Of a DNA stretch of 64,000 bases, positions 63,888 through 64,000 are shown piece by piece (the first letter of the stretch is position 1; every line of letters starts with the position of its first letter). Below the pieces are notes generated by a model. The model was given only the letters and a program-made list of their open reading frames with translations, ran no database searches and was not told where the DNA came from. Source of the DNA: Pocillopora damicornis. Lineage: Eukaryota. The DNA lies in NCBI RefSeq assembly GCF_003704095.1, contig NW_020844410.1, positions 186,001-250,000 on the forward strand, written 5' to 3'. A program made the translations under genes and the position numbers.

Positions 63888-64000
63888 CTGGGCTGAAACG
63901 AAACGAGTCCTCTTTGATTACTGGAGAATATAATGATTTATGTGAAAGCTATATCGTTCGTGCAAAGCGTTCTTTAAACATTCATAACCAAAAGTTGCAC

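Overview
AT-rich animal genomic DNA with spliceosomal GT-AG introns and 11 assembly gaps. The repeat families look like those of stony corals/anthozoans (inference). The window holds a tandem/inverted cluster of class A (rhodopsin-like), neuropeptide-receptor-like GPCR genes that share one 4-coding-exon architecture: intron phases 2/0/0, exon 2 = 271 bp in all complete copies but one. I can reconstruct 6 complete intact genes (GPCR-1, 3, 6, 7, 8, 10), 4 open but gap-truncated genes (GPCR-2, 4, 12, 13), an orphan last exon (11), gapped fragments (5), 2 clear pseudogenes and an orphan exon-3 relic. The receptors have almost no N-terminus, and most have lost the TM6 CWxP proline, with an acidic residue next to that position. 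Interspersed are L2/CR1 and RTE LINE relics, a Crypton-type tyrosine-recombinase relic, MITEs, and Penelope-like sequences: an RT fragment with an inverted hammerhead-bearing terminal repeat, plus four palindromic short elements built around a minimal hammerhead ribozyme, one with an intact core. All coordinates were read by eye; no database searches were run.
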